Assembly (NCBI RefSeq): GCF_000281045.1
Contig: NW_008246153.1
Coordinates: 104,246 to 168,245 of the forward strand
Direction: 5' to 3'
Origin: Saprolegnia diclina VS20
Taxonomy: Eukaryota
Length of the DNA: 64,000 nt
The notes below the pieces were generated by a model. That model did no database searches. It was given only the letters and a program-made list of their open reading frames with translations, and was not told where the DNA came from. Below are positions 22,726-34,230 of the stretch, piece by piece; within the stretch, counting starts at the first letter, position 1; every line of letters begins with the position of its first letter. The position numbers were made by a program, and so were the translations under genes.

Positions 22726-24374
22726 TCACGTCCACATGACAATGCAGTCTGGGTGGCCTTGCTTGACGAGCGCTGCGTACGTAGCAGTGGTCGCCAAGCT
22801 CGCACACGCCCCAATGACGAGCTTCCGGAAGGCGGCGCCGACGCGCTGGGCGAGAGCAGCGAACGAGAGCTCGGTGAGGAGGTTGCAGGCCTTGACGTTG
22901 AGGTGCGTGAGGTACACGCAGCGTTTCACAAGCGCCACAAACCCGACGTCGGTCACGTTGTAGCAAAACACAAACGATGCGTCGCGCAGGTGCTTGCAGT
23001 GCGTCGCGATCGACACGAGCGCAGTGTCAGTCACAAGCACGCAGCCGTGCAGCGAGAGTCCTTGGAGCTGCGGGCAGCCTTCGGCAATGACGGCGACGTC
23101 GGCGTCCGTGACGTTCCGGCACATGGCCAACGTGAGGTGCGTGAGCGTCGGACACAGCGAGATGCGCTGCAAGGTCTCGGACGTGAGTTGTCCAAGACCC
23201 GTCAGGTCCAGTGTCTGCAGTCTCGCGCCGTGCGACTGGAAGAAGCTGCTCAAACAGCCGCGCGGCGCCGTCGGTATGAGCGGCGCGTCCGAAATGCTTG
23301 CGCAACCGCTGAGCACGAGCGACGTGAGCGGCGTCTCGGGACCTACGCACATGGCCCGTATTACGGACTTGAAAGATTGATAGTGTGGGCGTACGAAGGG
23401 TGGCGAGAAAGAGATCGCGGACCTTGGGGCAGTTGCCGACCGACAGCGACTGCAGCTGCGTCTGTGCGTGCACGACGAGGGCCAGCGACGCCTCGGTGAT
23501 CTAACGTCCCAATTCACACATGTATCAAGTTGAAACAAAGGGACCTTGAGACACTTGTTGGCGGCGAGGCGGCGCAGCGTGGGTGGTCGGTGCGCCAAGG
23601 CAACAAAGCCGGCGTCCGTCACGCGAATACACATGGAAACGTCGAGCTCTTGCAGGCTCCTGCAGTGGCGTGCGAGTGCCGCAATGCCGTCGTCGCCAAT
23701 GCGCGAGCAGCCAGCGATGTCGACGAGCTCCAGGTTCGGGCACCCGGTCGCGATAAGCACCAGCTCTACACCAACCAACTGTGCGTACCAACATAGACAC
23801 GGCGCGTCATACCAGCATCCGAGAGCTTGATGCAGTTGAGACGGAGCTGCAAAAGGCTGTGGCACTGGGCGAGGATCGAGAAGCCGGCGGCATCGAGCCA
23901 CTTGCTCTCGATGCTTATGCGCTCGAGCTGGTGTGGCGTCACGCCCTGCAAGAGGCGCGAGAGGAGGTGCGGCGTCACACGTGGTCCGTACAAGACGACG
24001 CTTTGCAGCTGGACGCGGTTGACGTGCTCGGAGAGGAGCTCGGCTGCGAACGCGTTGTGCGACACGTCGCTCAATAGGGTTGCAACCTAGTGCACTGCAA
24101 TGAGCCCGCCTGTGGCCATTGATATAAGCGCATACGGCGTGCTCTAGCTGGTCTTCACCACGGCACCAGGTCTACAGATGCCAGTAAGGTCCATCCTCGT
24201 CGACGGCGAACGTACGAAGTCCACGTGCTTGTGGGCCTTGACCGAGGCCATGGCCACGACGCGCCACGCGTGCGAGACGAGCGCGACGCTCTGCCAGCGC
24301 TCCTTGACCGTGAGGAAGTCCATGCAGCGGCCATAGAGCACAGCAAGCGGCAGCGGCCCCACGGACGTTGCCAT
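22726..24374 (-). CDS. F-box/LRR-repeat (FBXL-like) protein, multi-exon
   Basis: N-terminal F-box-like LPLAVLYGRCMDFL...VALVSHAW and multiple Cys-containing LRRs (CPNLELVDIAGCSRIGDDGI, CRSLQELDVSMCIRVTDAG, CPQLQGLSLHGCVLVTD). Confidence 0.85.
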
Positions 24375-24557
24375 CGCACCCGAGGTTTGTCCGTGCCCTT
24401 TGGCAAAATCTACAGAACCTTCGATCTTTATCCGGAACTTAGCACGTCAGTCCGGATGGCGATGGCTGGCGACCTCCTGGCAGCATTTGGCAGCGCTCCT
24501 TGGTCTCAGCTCAAAACCAGCCATCGGACCCAGATGTACCAGACTAAGAGTACTTGC

Positions 24558-24619
24558 ATAGCGTAGATATGTCTGGGATAGCGTAGATATGTCTTGGATA
24601 GCGTAGATATGTCTGGGAT
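24558..24619 (+). repeat. Tandem repeat, 20-bp unit x3
   Basis: (atagcgtagatatgtctKgg)x3 in the intergenic region between the divergent FBXL and Ubl-RRM genes. Confidence 0.9.
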
Positions 24620-24960
24620 CTTGGGTAGCGTTCGTATAATGTGCTTGTCTGTGGCATAAGATTCGTGACTCGAGCGGTGATGTTGCCTGGAAGCCGCTGC
24701 AGCGACCCGCCGCAGGTCTCTCAAGCTGTCGTCCCTTGTGCGTCGAACGGTGGTAGCGTCAACAAGCAGCTCAGTTGCAGCGACGCAGCACCTTCTTCTC
24801 GACGTGGCCGCGCTTGGTCGCTGACGTGGCGCTGCCGTTGGCTCGGAAGCTAGTCCATACGAAGATCAAGTGTAGCAGAATGATGGTGGTCAAAGAAAAG
24901 TTGCGTGCGGTTAGACCGGCTGCGACCAGAACCCATTTCGACAACAACCCGAACAGCAAC

Positions 24961-26330
24961 ATGATCAAGGTCGTCATTAAGGAGGAGGCCAAGGCGCCTG
25001 TCGAGATCGAGCTCGAAGCCGACTCGACGATCGCGGAGCTGCTGCAGGTGGCCGCCAGCGTGCGCACGACCATCGACTTGGTCGAGCCCGTCGTCGAGTT
25101 CCCTGGTAGACGCCACCGCCTCCTCCATGTACATGGCTCATGCACTCGCTGTAGAGGGCACGGCCGTCAACAAACACGTCGGCGCCATCTCGGCGCTTGG
25201 CATCACGAACGGCGCGACCGTCTTCCTCAAGGCGTACGAAGCGCTGTCGTTCCTCGTGGACCCAAGTCTCACGTGCATGGGTAAATCTAGGCCGAAGCCT
25301 GTCGACGACTCGAGCGTCACTGAGGACGAGGTCGCGAGCACGATCGTCGTCACCAACATCCCGATGGCCGAGAAGGTACGGCAGCTCCTTCTTGGTACCG
25401 AGGCCAACGCGGGTGAGTAGTCCGTGACGGAGCAAGCGCTCGTTGCCGTCTTTGCGTCCTGCGGCGCCGTGAAGCGCACGATCCTCCAAGCGTACGCCTC
25501 TTGCTACGCTCCTAACGCTTATACACGTTGATTGTAGCGATGGCGAGACGTTGCAGCACGCGGTGCTGGTGTTTGCGACGCCGGAAGCGGCGGCCGCGTC
25601 GCTCCAGCACGACGGGGCGGCGGTGCTCAACGGCCACATCTCGGTCATCTCAGCTGGCGCGCTGCCGCCGTCGTCGCCCTCGAAGAAGGCGAGCTCGGGT
25701 ACACGACCTCACTCTCCTTCAACTCATAGATACGAACGATGGAACGTTGTAGGTGTCAACAGTGTCGCCAAGTTCCTCGCTGGCGGCTACTCGGTCGGCG
25801 CGGCCGGCTTGACGCACGTCCAGCGCTTTGACGGTAGCCTCCCTCTGTGTGTTGGCGCCTGGCTGCATCTTGGGCGTAGAGGAGCACAAGATCTCGCTCC
25901 AGGTCAAGAGCGGCGCCGAAGTGGCGAAAATGAAGGCCGCGGAGCTCGATGCGCAGTTCCACGTCTCGGAGAAGATCGCGACCGGTACGCTGCTTGCAAA
26001 GGCCGGCGACCGTAGTATGTGTTTGTGCTAGTCGGGAAGAAGGCGCACGAGCTCGATACGAAGTACCAAGTGTCGCAAAAGGCGTCCGAGGCGGCGGCCA
26101 CGGCCGTCTCGGCTGCGGACGCGCTCGCCAAGAAGGCGATGGAGAACAAGACGGTCTCGGACGGTGTCCAGAAGATCAACAGCTTCTTCTCCTCGCTCAT
26201 GTCGGTTGCCAACCAGACCGTCGAAGAGACGAAGAAGGAGATCCACGAACACCACCCGACGAGCCCGCGCGCCGCCGCCGCCGCACCGCCAGCCCCGGCC
26301 ACCGTCGTCGACACGCACAAGACGGCGTAA
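24961..26330 (+). CDS. Ubiquitin-like + RRM protein with a Vip1/BPA1-like C-terminus, multi-exon
   Basis: Ubl-like MIKVVIK..VEIELEADSTIAELL...ISALGITNGATVFL; RRM TIVVTNIP..VTEQALVAVFASCGAVK..HAVLVFAT..AAAASL..DGAAVLNGHISV; then VAKFLAGGY..VQRFDEEHKIS..AAELDAQFHVSEK. Confidence 0.65.
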
Positions 26331-26487
26331 GGTAGATATGGTCACTTGCGTAAACGATGCGTAAGACATACCTTGGCCCATCTCCTGCTTTGCGGATGGC
26401 GATCGTCTGGCACGCGTCTCTTCAAGATCCGCAGCCGCGTATCCGGAGGGTGGGCAGGGTATCCGGCAGATTTGGTTGTGTGGAAGC

Positions 26488-28284
26488 ATGGCGACGTCGG
26501 GTATGGTTCCTCCTGGCGCCGTGCACATCGGAGCTGTCGCGCTTAGAATGCCACCGGAGACGGGCCCGCTCAATGTCTTCGTCGGCAAGCTGCCGCCCGA
26601 CCTCCATGACAACTACATCCGCGGCCTCCTGGACGTAGGCTGCCTATACATCCACCACTCGGAGTCTGATGCTTGGCCTGGCGTAGCGCGTGGGCACGGT
26701 CGTGGCATGGAAGCGCACGACGGATCCGATCTCGGGCAAGCCCAAAGGCTTTGGCTACTGCACGTTCAGCGGCGGCCTCGACGTCATCCGCGCGCTCAAG
26801 CTCCTCGATGGCTTCTCGATCGACTCGAAGAACATTTTGCTCAAGGTTGACGCGACGACGCAGGCGCGCCTGAACGAGTACTGGAACGCGATCCCGATTG
26901 CGCTGCGCATCGAAGAAGAGCGCAAGAGCGAGCGCGTCGCAGACGTTCTTCAGCGCCTCTACGAAGAGCGCAGCTCGCTGCATGGCGGCTACAACAATGA
27001 CATTGCGTCGTGGGGCGACCTCGTGAGCGTCGACGCGCCCGAAGGTACCAAGCGTGATCGCCTTTAGTGCTCATGGCGATGCTAGTCAAGGAGCAAGTGC
27101 GCGGAGGGATGATCATGAACGAAGTTGAAAAGTTCCGCCTCGCGCAGGAAGAGCGGACGCAGCAGCAGGAAGCCAAGCGGCTCAAGATGATCCAAGTAAC
27201 CATCTTGTCTCTCCAGGACGCTCATACCTTCTTTGCAGGAGCGCCTTCGGCAAGAAAAGGAAGACAAGGAAAAGGCGGCCGCGTACGCACTCTCTTGCAC
27301 GTGCGACGCGAGGCTCACGCGACTGCCTAGTGCCGAAGCGACGACGCCGCCCGCGCCGGAAGAGAAGAAGCCCGAGCGCGACCGGTCCCGATCCACGGGG
27401 CGCCGAGACCGCCGGGACCGGGATCGCAGGGACAGTCGCCGCCGGTCGCGCAGCCGCAGCCGAGAGCGCACGCGCCGTCGGTCTCGCAGTCGCGATCGCA
27501 GCCGGGACCGACGTCGCGACCGCCGCAACAGCGCCGAGGACTCGCCGCGCCTTCCGCAGACGAAGGAGCCCGAGCCAATCGCGACGCCTACGGTCCCCGC
27601 CTTTGTGCCGCCTCCGCCGCCGCCGCCCCCGAAACCGTTTGCGCCGCTCAAGAAGATTGAGCTCAAACTCAACGCCAAGAAGGAGTCCAAAGACACCAAG
27701 GCGACCGCGGCCACAGCGTCAACGCCCGTCTTTGCAGTCGAAGACGACGAGGAACTCAAGCCGCAGCGGGCGTACGTCCCGCTCGACTACTCGGAGGAAG
27801 AGCGCCGCGCAGCGCTCATTGACGCCCAAGTACGTCGTCCGCGCCTCTCGTCGTCGGCGTCATGCTTGCACTAGGTGGCGCGGTCCGTGGCGCGCATCAA
27901 CAGCCGCACGAACGACCCCAAGAGCATTGTCGAGCGCATTCCCAAGGACACGACGGGGCTCTTCAAGTACCCGCTCGACTGGGCCGCCGTCGACAAGGTA
28001 CTTGATCTCGTCTCGGTCCCAGCGTGTCATGCTCGCACGCATAGCATGGCGTCGTGGCCGCCAAGATGGCGCCGTGGGTCGAGAAGAAGGTGGCCGAGTA
28101 CCTCGGCGAGGCCGACGCGTCGCTCGTCACGTTCATCGTGACGCAGCTCACAAATCATGCGACGCCATCGACGCTCATCGACGGTCTCTCGCCTGTCCTG
28201 GACGCCGATGCCGAGCCGTTCGTCGTGTCGCTCTGGCGCCGGCTCGTGTTTGAAGCCATCTCGGCCGACGTCGGTCGCCACTAA
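26488..28284 (+). CDS. RBM25: RBM25/Snu71-like splicing factor (RRM, RS/RE-rich region, PWI domain)
   Basis: RRM NVFVGKLP...WKRTTDPISGKPKGFGYCTF; RS-rich middle; PWI IVERIPKDTTGLFKYPLDW...MAPWVEKKVAEYLGEAD...LDADAEPFVVSLWRRLVFE. Confidence 0.9.
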
Positions 28285-28299
28285 GATGCCAAGACGCTT

Positions 28300-28557
28300 C
28301 TATTTGAATTTACGCACGTCCTTCTGTAGCTCTGCTTTGACCGCGTTGGCAAACTCGGTGAACTTGTTGACGTTCGGCAGGCTCTTGGTGGCGGCCGCGA
28401 CCTTGTCGACGTCGAGGTTGTTCATGGCGGCCTTGGTCTTCTCCACGTGGAGGTGCGTCTTGAGCGCAAAGTTCTGGAACGACTTGTTGTTGGCGAGCGA
28501 CTTGACGGCCGCTTCGTTCAGCAGCTGCGAGAGCGCACGGCGGAAGAACTCGGACAT
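28300..28557 (-). CDS. Small (85 aa) conserved-looking protein, possibly NCBP2AS2-like
   Basis: Clean ORF with host codon usage, MSEFFRRALSQLLNEAAVKSLANNKSFQNFALKTH...; family resemblance is tentative. Confidence 0.7.
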   Translation of the reverse strand: MSEFFRRALSQLLNEAAVKSLANNKSFQNFALKTHLHVEKTKAAMNNLDVDKVAAATKSLPNVNKFTEFANAVKAELQKDVRKFK

Positions 28558-29302
28558 GGCAAATACGGAAATGGCTGGCAAATGCGCCGACCAAGATTTT
28601 AGCCAATCCCATGCCGTAGCGAGACTTCGCGACGCATCCACGGCCTAGGATTGGTCAATAATCTGAATTGCGAGCGCACCAGATGTGGTAACATCCACAC
28701 GAAGCGCGAGGAACAACGGAAATCATAACGTGGCATCCCATTCCAGACATGTACTCGATTCAGACAACGGACCAGACAAGGACTATTCGAGCCAAGGGAA
28801 TTGATTCGAGCTGACCGGTGGCTCTGACTCAGGAGAGCCTGTGGTATGCTACAAATATGCAGAAGTGATCCGAGGTGTTCTCTGCGACCCGACCTGCCGA
28901 GGACCGTGAAGCGTCTCGTCATCACGGCCTAGTGGGTGAGTTCGTCAAGCTCTGCATTTGCCGTTGGCGGTGCTTGAGATGGGACGGTAAAGGGTCGATG
29001 TAGGCAAACACTGATCGCCCCATCCACAAGCCATCACTGACGGCTGCATAGATGGCGGCGACCGTCGCTTCTGCGCGGTGGCAAGGACGAGCCGGCATCC
29101 GTCCTCCTCAGCGGCGAGGTAGCATTGCAGGACATGGTATAGAAGCGATGGAAGTGGATGGCCGCCTGCCAAACACAACTCGATGTGGCGCCAAAAGCCT
29201 TACACTAAACAAGTTTACGCAAATAGTGTGGTGCAAAGTCAGAGCTCGGTCGCGACGTGTCACGCGGTGGCACTTTTCTTGCGCTAAAGACAGCAAGCCG
29301 CC

Positions 29303-30279
29303 ATGAGTAGCTGGATCTGGGGCGCCGACGATACCGTGGACCAGGCCAACCTCGTCGTGCAGTCGCTCCAGAGCGAGCTCGACGAGCGCCAGGCGACGAT
29401 CGAAGCGCTAGAGCGCGCCCTGCGCCGGGAGAAGCAGCAGCACCTGCAGGATCTGCGGGACGAGGTCGAGGAGCTGCGCCAGCGCCGCCAAGCGCTCGCC
29501 CGCGAGATGCTTGAAGTCGATGTACTACTTGCGAGCAAGGAGGCGTTCCTGAACGGCACACTGGAGAAGAAGCCCAAGTCGTCCAAGCCGAAGCCCGCAG
29601 CTGAGCCAGCGCCATCGCCGCCGCCGAGCGATGCGTACGCTATCTATCAACGACCTGCGCCCACACACGTGTTGCGTAGACCGTCGACAAGCGTGCCCGA
29701 GCCGGAAGCCGAAGTCGCTCCTGCCGCAACGCCCGAAGCCACGCCGCTGCCGTGCAATCCAGAGCTGACCAAAGTCCGCGGAGTCGACCCGTCGACCGCC
29801 TTTATCATCCAGCGAAGCAACGTGCGTGTGCGATGGCCTCTCCGCGCTAAGAACTGTGTGCGTAGAATGCGAATACCGTCGTGTACAAGGGCAATCTCGG
29901 CAGCGCGTCGCGGCTCGACCCGAAGAACCCGCTGCACATTTACTGGATCATGTACGCGCAGCAAGGCCCGCCGTACCCAACCGAAGAGCTCAACATGATT
30001 GAGCGCAACACTGCGTATGGTGCAACATGCTCACCTGGCGCCGCGCCCCACGAGTACGACGTGGCACTCGCGTCGCTCAAGGACCGCGCGATCGTGCTCT
30101 TGCACGACGGCCACCACGTGCGCGCGCGGACGACGATCAACGGCCGGCCAAACGTGTACCTCGAGCGCGTCTACGTGCAGTCGACCACGAGCTGGGGCCT
30201 CCCCAAGGTCGAGTTCGTCGAGATCTTTGGCGTCGACCCCGCGACCAACGCGCTCGTGTACGAGAAGAAGCTACCGTAA
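29303..30279 (+). CDS. Coiled-coil + DUF4833-like domain protein (2 introns)
   Basis: Spliced C-terminus AFIIQRSN|NANTVVYKGNL...LDPKNPLHIYWIMY...EELNMIERNTAYG...ARTTINGRPNVYLERVYV...LPKVEFVEIFGVD...YEK matches the DUF4833 pattern as I recall it. Confidence 0.7.
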
Positions 30280-30432
30280 ACCTCTTGAAGCACTGGCGTC
30301 GTACGTGTCTGTATGTCGCTCGTGCGCAGTCGCTGAGCACTGATCTGGGCTTGACACTTTGCGGCATGAGTTTCTGTGAGTAGGCTGGATCGACACAGGA
30401 CGAACAAAATCAGAGTAAGCGCTTTAGCTGTG

Positions 30433-31539
30433 TCAATATTCCACGTACGGCGTCGCGTGTTTCATGAGGAGGATCATAAAGCAGAGAGAGATGAGGCTCA
30501 ACAGCAGGTAGATGCAGCGCGTCGGCCGCGTATTGTACTGGAACTTTTCGGCGCGATGGAGTTCCTTGAGCCCCGAATGGACGCGCGTTACGACCTACGA
30601 ACCGCGTTGGCCACAGTATTTTATAGTTGTCGTACGTCTTCCATGTTGTAGTCGATGCGGTCGATGATCGTGCCCTGGTCGATGACCATGTTGGCGAGGT
30701 CCTTGAAAACTGTCGAGAGCTCCACAATCGCCTTGGCGATTTTCTGAATTTCGCGCTCGCGGGCTTGGATCATGGCTTCGTCTTCGCCCAGATGTAGCAA
30801 GTGCTGCTGCTGTGACTAAAGCCGCGCTGCATGACCATACAATCAAAGATAGACGACGACGATACCATCGCCTGGCTCGTATGCCCCGTCGCGTCCCACT
30901 GGAACACGTCGCCCGAGACGTTGCGCTGCGAGCGCAGGGTCTCCATGTACTCGCGCTGGCTTCGGCGGTACCGACTCGAGAGCTCCTGCAGCTTGCTCGC
31001 CAACGAGCGCTGGACGTTGACGCGCACGTTGCGCTCGGCGGGTGATGTCAACCCCGAGGCAGTCAACGGCTCGCGCGTGACTTTTTGCAGCGCAGACTCG
31101 GCGCTGTGGAAGAGCTTGGAGATCTCTTGCGTTATGCTGTCAATGTCGATATCATGTTGCTTCTCGGACTCGTCAAAGCGAACCATAAGGCGGCGCGTGT
31201 GCATCTTTTGCAAATAGTCGACTAGGGCATGCCATGATGACCTCGTCGAATGGCGGGCCACGTACGCTTGAGCTGCAGCTGCGCTGTGCATTCGTTGGCC
31301 AAGTCGACGGCGCGCGTCCATGCGGGCTTTGGCGCGCCTGAGCCTGCTTCCATGTCGGTCGGTTGCAGGGGCTACTATCGCGCCATGACTCGATGCTGCT
31401 GCCGACGCGCTCGTACCTGCGAGGTCTTGGCCGCTGCATATGGCTTGCCGCCACTGTAGCGCATGGTGCCATGCGTCTGGCGGCGCTGCGCTACGAGCCG
31501 TCGGTCAAGGAACCGCGCCGTCAGGTCGCGATGGGCCAT
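30433..31539 (-). CDS. STX16: Syntaxin-16 (Tlg2/SYP4-type Qa-SNARE), multi-exon
   Basis: N-peptide MAHRDLTARFLDRR; LQKMHTRRLMVRFD; NVQRSLASKLQELSSRYRRSQREY; SNARE REREIQKIAKAIVELSTVFKDLANMVIDQGTIIDRIDYNME; C-terminal TM helix. Confidence 0.9.
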
Positions 31540-31954
31540 CCGCTTGAAGCCTTGCAAGATCCGCGATCCTTCCGCCGCCGGATAACGAACCGTCCGGATA
31601 CTAGCGCCAAACGCCAAGCTCGGTCCAGGGCTACTGGAGGATATTGGCTGCTCGACGCTACCTTAGGTCTATACATATCCCGAGCATATAGGATGGCGCC
31701 GGCGGCTGGCGGCGCGAGGTCAGGTGCGTGCGTTCTCTCATTTCTCGCACGTCGTCATGTTGAAGTAACACTATATACCAAAGTTTCTACCACGAAGAAA
31801 CGTTAATGGTGTGGTATGGTATCCGGATGAGCCGGATAGGCGTCGAATTCGAGCAGCCAAGTGGTGCGCTGCGATTGGTGCAATCCTCGGCCACGTTTGC
31901 GGGGGCGGTTCGAATCAAACGCAATTTTTTGTGGCCCAAGTCGATACGTAATCC

Positions 31955-32584
31955 ATGGGCTTCTCGGCAGTCGAGTATGTGGCCGCGGGCGTCTTCGTCG
32001 CCGCCGTCTTCCTCGTCATCTCGGTCATCAAGGTGTTGCGCCCGAAGAAGGTGCTCGAGGGCGACGACGTCCTCGACGAGATGATCAACGGCTTTGACTT
32101 TTCGCTGCCGCCGCAGGTCGAAGAGTACCGTGCGATCCGCGAGAAGGCGCCCGCGACGCTGGGCGAAGAAGACATGAAGATTGTGTGCTCGGCGCTCTTT
32201 CGCCGGGCGGTGGCCGACATTCCGCTCATTCGCAAGATTCAGACCGAAGCGCAGGGCATGCAGCGCTTGAAGCAGAACGACCTGATCAAGGACGGTCCGT
32301 TTATGAGCTTCAAGCTCGCGGAAGAGATGATTGCCGAAGAGATCAAGGAGGTGCGCGAAGAAGCCCAGGCGCTCCAGCCCAACGACAACTGGGGCGAGAG
32401 CATTTTTGCCCAAGCCGTCCAGTTCATCAACCACATGGCCGAGCAGGAGCAGCTCGCGGAACAGAAGAAGCAGCAGACCGACATGGCCGCGCAGGCGCAA
32501 GCCCTCAAGCAAGCGCAGCTGGCAGCGCAGTTGCAGGCCAACTTGGCCAGCCAGCAAGAACAAGAGTTGCGAAAGAGAAAGTGA
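31955..32584 (+). CDS. SEC66: Sec66/Sec71-like ER translocon subunit
   Basis: N-terminal TM helix, then SALFRRAVADI..I..IQ...F..AEE.IAEEIKEVREEAQALQP..NWGESIFAQA, like the fungal Sec66 core. Confidence 0.7.
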   Translation: MGFSAVEYVAAGVFVAAVFLVISVIKVLRPKKVLEGDDVLDEMINGFDFSLPPQVEEYRAIREKAPATLGEEDMKIVCSALFRRAVADIPLIRKIQTEAQGMQRLKQNDLIKDGPFMSFKLAEEMIAEEIKEVREEAQALQPNDNWGESIFAQAVQFINHMAEQEQLAEQKKQQTDMAAQAQALKQAQLAAQLQANLASQQEQELRKRK

Positions 32585-32608
32585 TTTTATAATACCATTG
32601 CGTGGCGT

Positions 32609-33466
32609 CTAACTGGTTGCGTGGAAGGGCGTGTTGAATGCCTCGAGGAGCATCTGGACCTTCTTGCCACCGATGCCGGGACACAGCGCCAGCTCGTCTT
32701 CCGTCGCGCACATGAGCCGCTGCACCGAGCCAAAGTTGCTCGAGAGCGTGACGACTAGAACGATAGCATGAGCGCGGAGCATGCCGCTTCCGCGTACCGT
32801 CGGTCTTGTTGATCGACCGGACGCCTGTGAGCACGTCGGCCAGCTGCGCGCTGTAGTCGTTCTCAACTTTCTCCTTGATAAGCGTCGCCGGTCGATTCTC
32901 GTAGCTCTTGAGCGTCTCAATGTACCGCGCCGCCTCTGATGCATCATGAGCGAGGCTAGCACCCAGTGAGTACCTTTCCAGCTCCACGCCAGGAGAAGCG
33001 TAAAGCCACAGGCGAGCGCGTCGCGGTTGATCTCCTTGAGCGCTGACTCGTTGTCGGGAACGTCGACGTGGCACACAACAACCTGGACGCGCGCCGGCTT
33101 GACGCGCCCGAGCTTGCTCTTGAGGTACGTCGGGTGCAGCATGTGGTAGCGCACGCTGAGGAAGCATGCGACGCACGCCTCGCCCATCATGTAGTCGGAC
33201 GTGATGTCCGGGTTCACCTCGGGGATGACGTTGTGGAGAAGCTTGACGAGCGGGTTGCCGCTCTGGCTCGGGTGGATGTGCACGACCAGCGACTCGGCGA
33301 ACGGCGAAGCTGCTGCGGGCGATGGCGCCGCTACTGCAGGCTTGACGACACTCTGGAAGACGCTGGTGAAAGCGTCGGCGCGCGTAAGGTATCGCGGTGG
33401 TGCATCGTCGTCCCGTGGCGCCTCCGTCCGTGAGTCCACCTTGGCCACCGGCGCCCCAAGATCCAT
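32609..33466 (-). CDS. ERCC1: DNA excision repair protein ERCC1 (Rad10/Swi10), 2 introns
   Basis: QSGNPLVKLL..V..E..PD..SDYMMGE..CFLSVRYHMLHPTYL; LLLAWSW|EEAARYIETLKSYE; HhH LTGVRSINKTD..TLSSNFGS..CPGIGGKK. Confidence 0.92.
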   Translation of the reverse strand: MDLGAPVAKVDSRTEAPRDDDAPPRYLTRADAFTSVFQSVVKPAVAAPSPAAASPFAESLVVHIHPSQSGNPLVKLLHNVIPEVNPDITSDYMMGEACVACFLSVRYHMLHPTYLKSKLGRVKPARVQVVVCHVDVPDNESALKEINRDALACGFTLLLAWSWKGTHWVLASLMMHQRRRGTLRRSRATRIDRRRLSRRKLRTTTARSWPTCSQASGRSTRPTVRGSGMLRAHAIVLVVTLSSNFGSVQRLMCATEDELALCPGIGGKKVQMLLEAFNTPFHATS

Positions 33467-33514
33467 CGCGAAGATTTGGTCATCCGGATACGCCACGTGG
33501 AATTCGCACACATC

Positions 33515-33944
33515 AGTATAGCCATTGCGAGCGTGTTGCCCGGTCGCACGTGTCGTGGCTACTTGGTTCTTGGGTGCACTGCTGAACGCTATCATCATGC
33601 GCCAGCTCGTGGCTGGTCCAACGGCGCCTGCCATCGACTTCAACGGCCGACATCAGCGCCTCGATATACACTTGCACGATCACACCCTCTTCGTTGCAGC
33701 TCAGTTCTTAGCGACGTTTGCGACCTCCTTTCCATGCGGCCGCGACCTGTCTCGGCCCGCCTTTCCGGCCACGACGTACACCGCCAGCAACTTCAACTGA
33801 GCTAGAAGCCGTTGCAAGTACTAGTACGCTGTAATCAAACAGTGTCTTGGCGAGGACGAGCGAGCGAGCTTTCAGAAGCACTGCATCGCGGTGGCAGAGA
33901 GCTTGTAGTATGAGCTGGCTGTCCCAGCTGTAGACCATGTGCAT
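33515..33944 (-). CDS. Possible small spliced hypothetical gene
   Basis: MHMVYSWDSQLILQALCHR... with plausible GT..TAG/AAG introns, ending ELSCNEEGVIVQVYIEALMSAV...WLY*. A TCCGGATA motif lies 65 nt upstream. No recognisable domain. Confidence 0.3.
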
Positions 33945-34230
33945 GCTGTCGACGGTGGCGTGTCTTTGTTTAGTTTCCTGCCCGGCGACAAAAACAGGGT
34001 CCGCCGAATCCGGATAACGGGGGGCTTTCGGGTCGGTTCGGCAGGAATTGCCTGCCCTGTCCCTCGCTTGAACGACTATATATCATGTCGAGGGACGTAA
34101 ACGCGAGGTAGTACCTGGTTTTAAGGACAATTGGCCCCTAGCCGGCCGCGGCCTGAGCTCGCGAATCCATTGGCTGTGATACATTTCTTTGTTTGGCCTC
34201 CATCGAGCAATTCATTCCCGGTTCGCTGCA

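Noticed and set aside
24558..24619. CRISPR-like array
   Set aside because: The units are head-to-tail with no spacers, there are no cas genes, and the context is eukaryotic.
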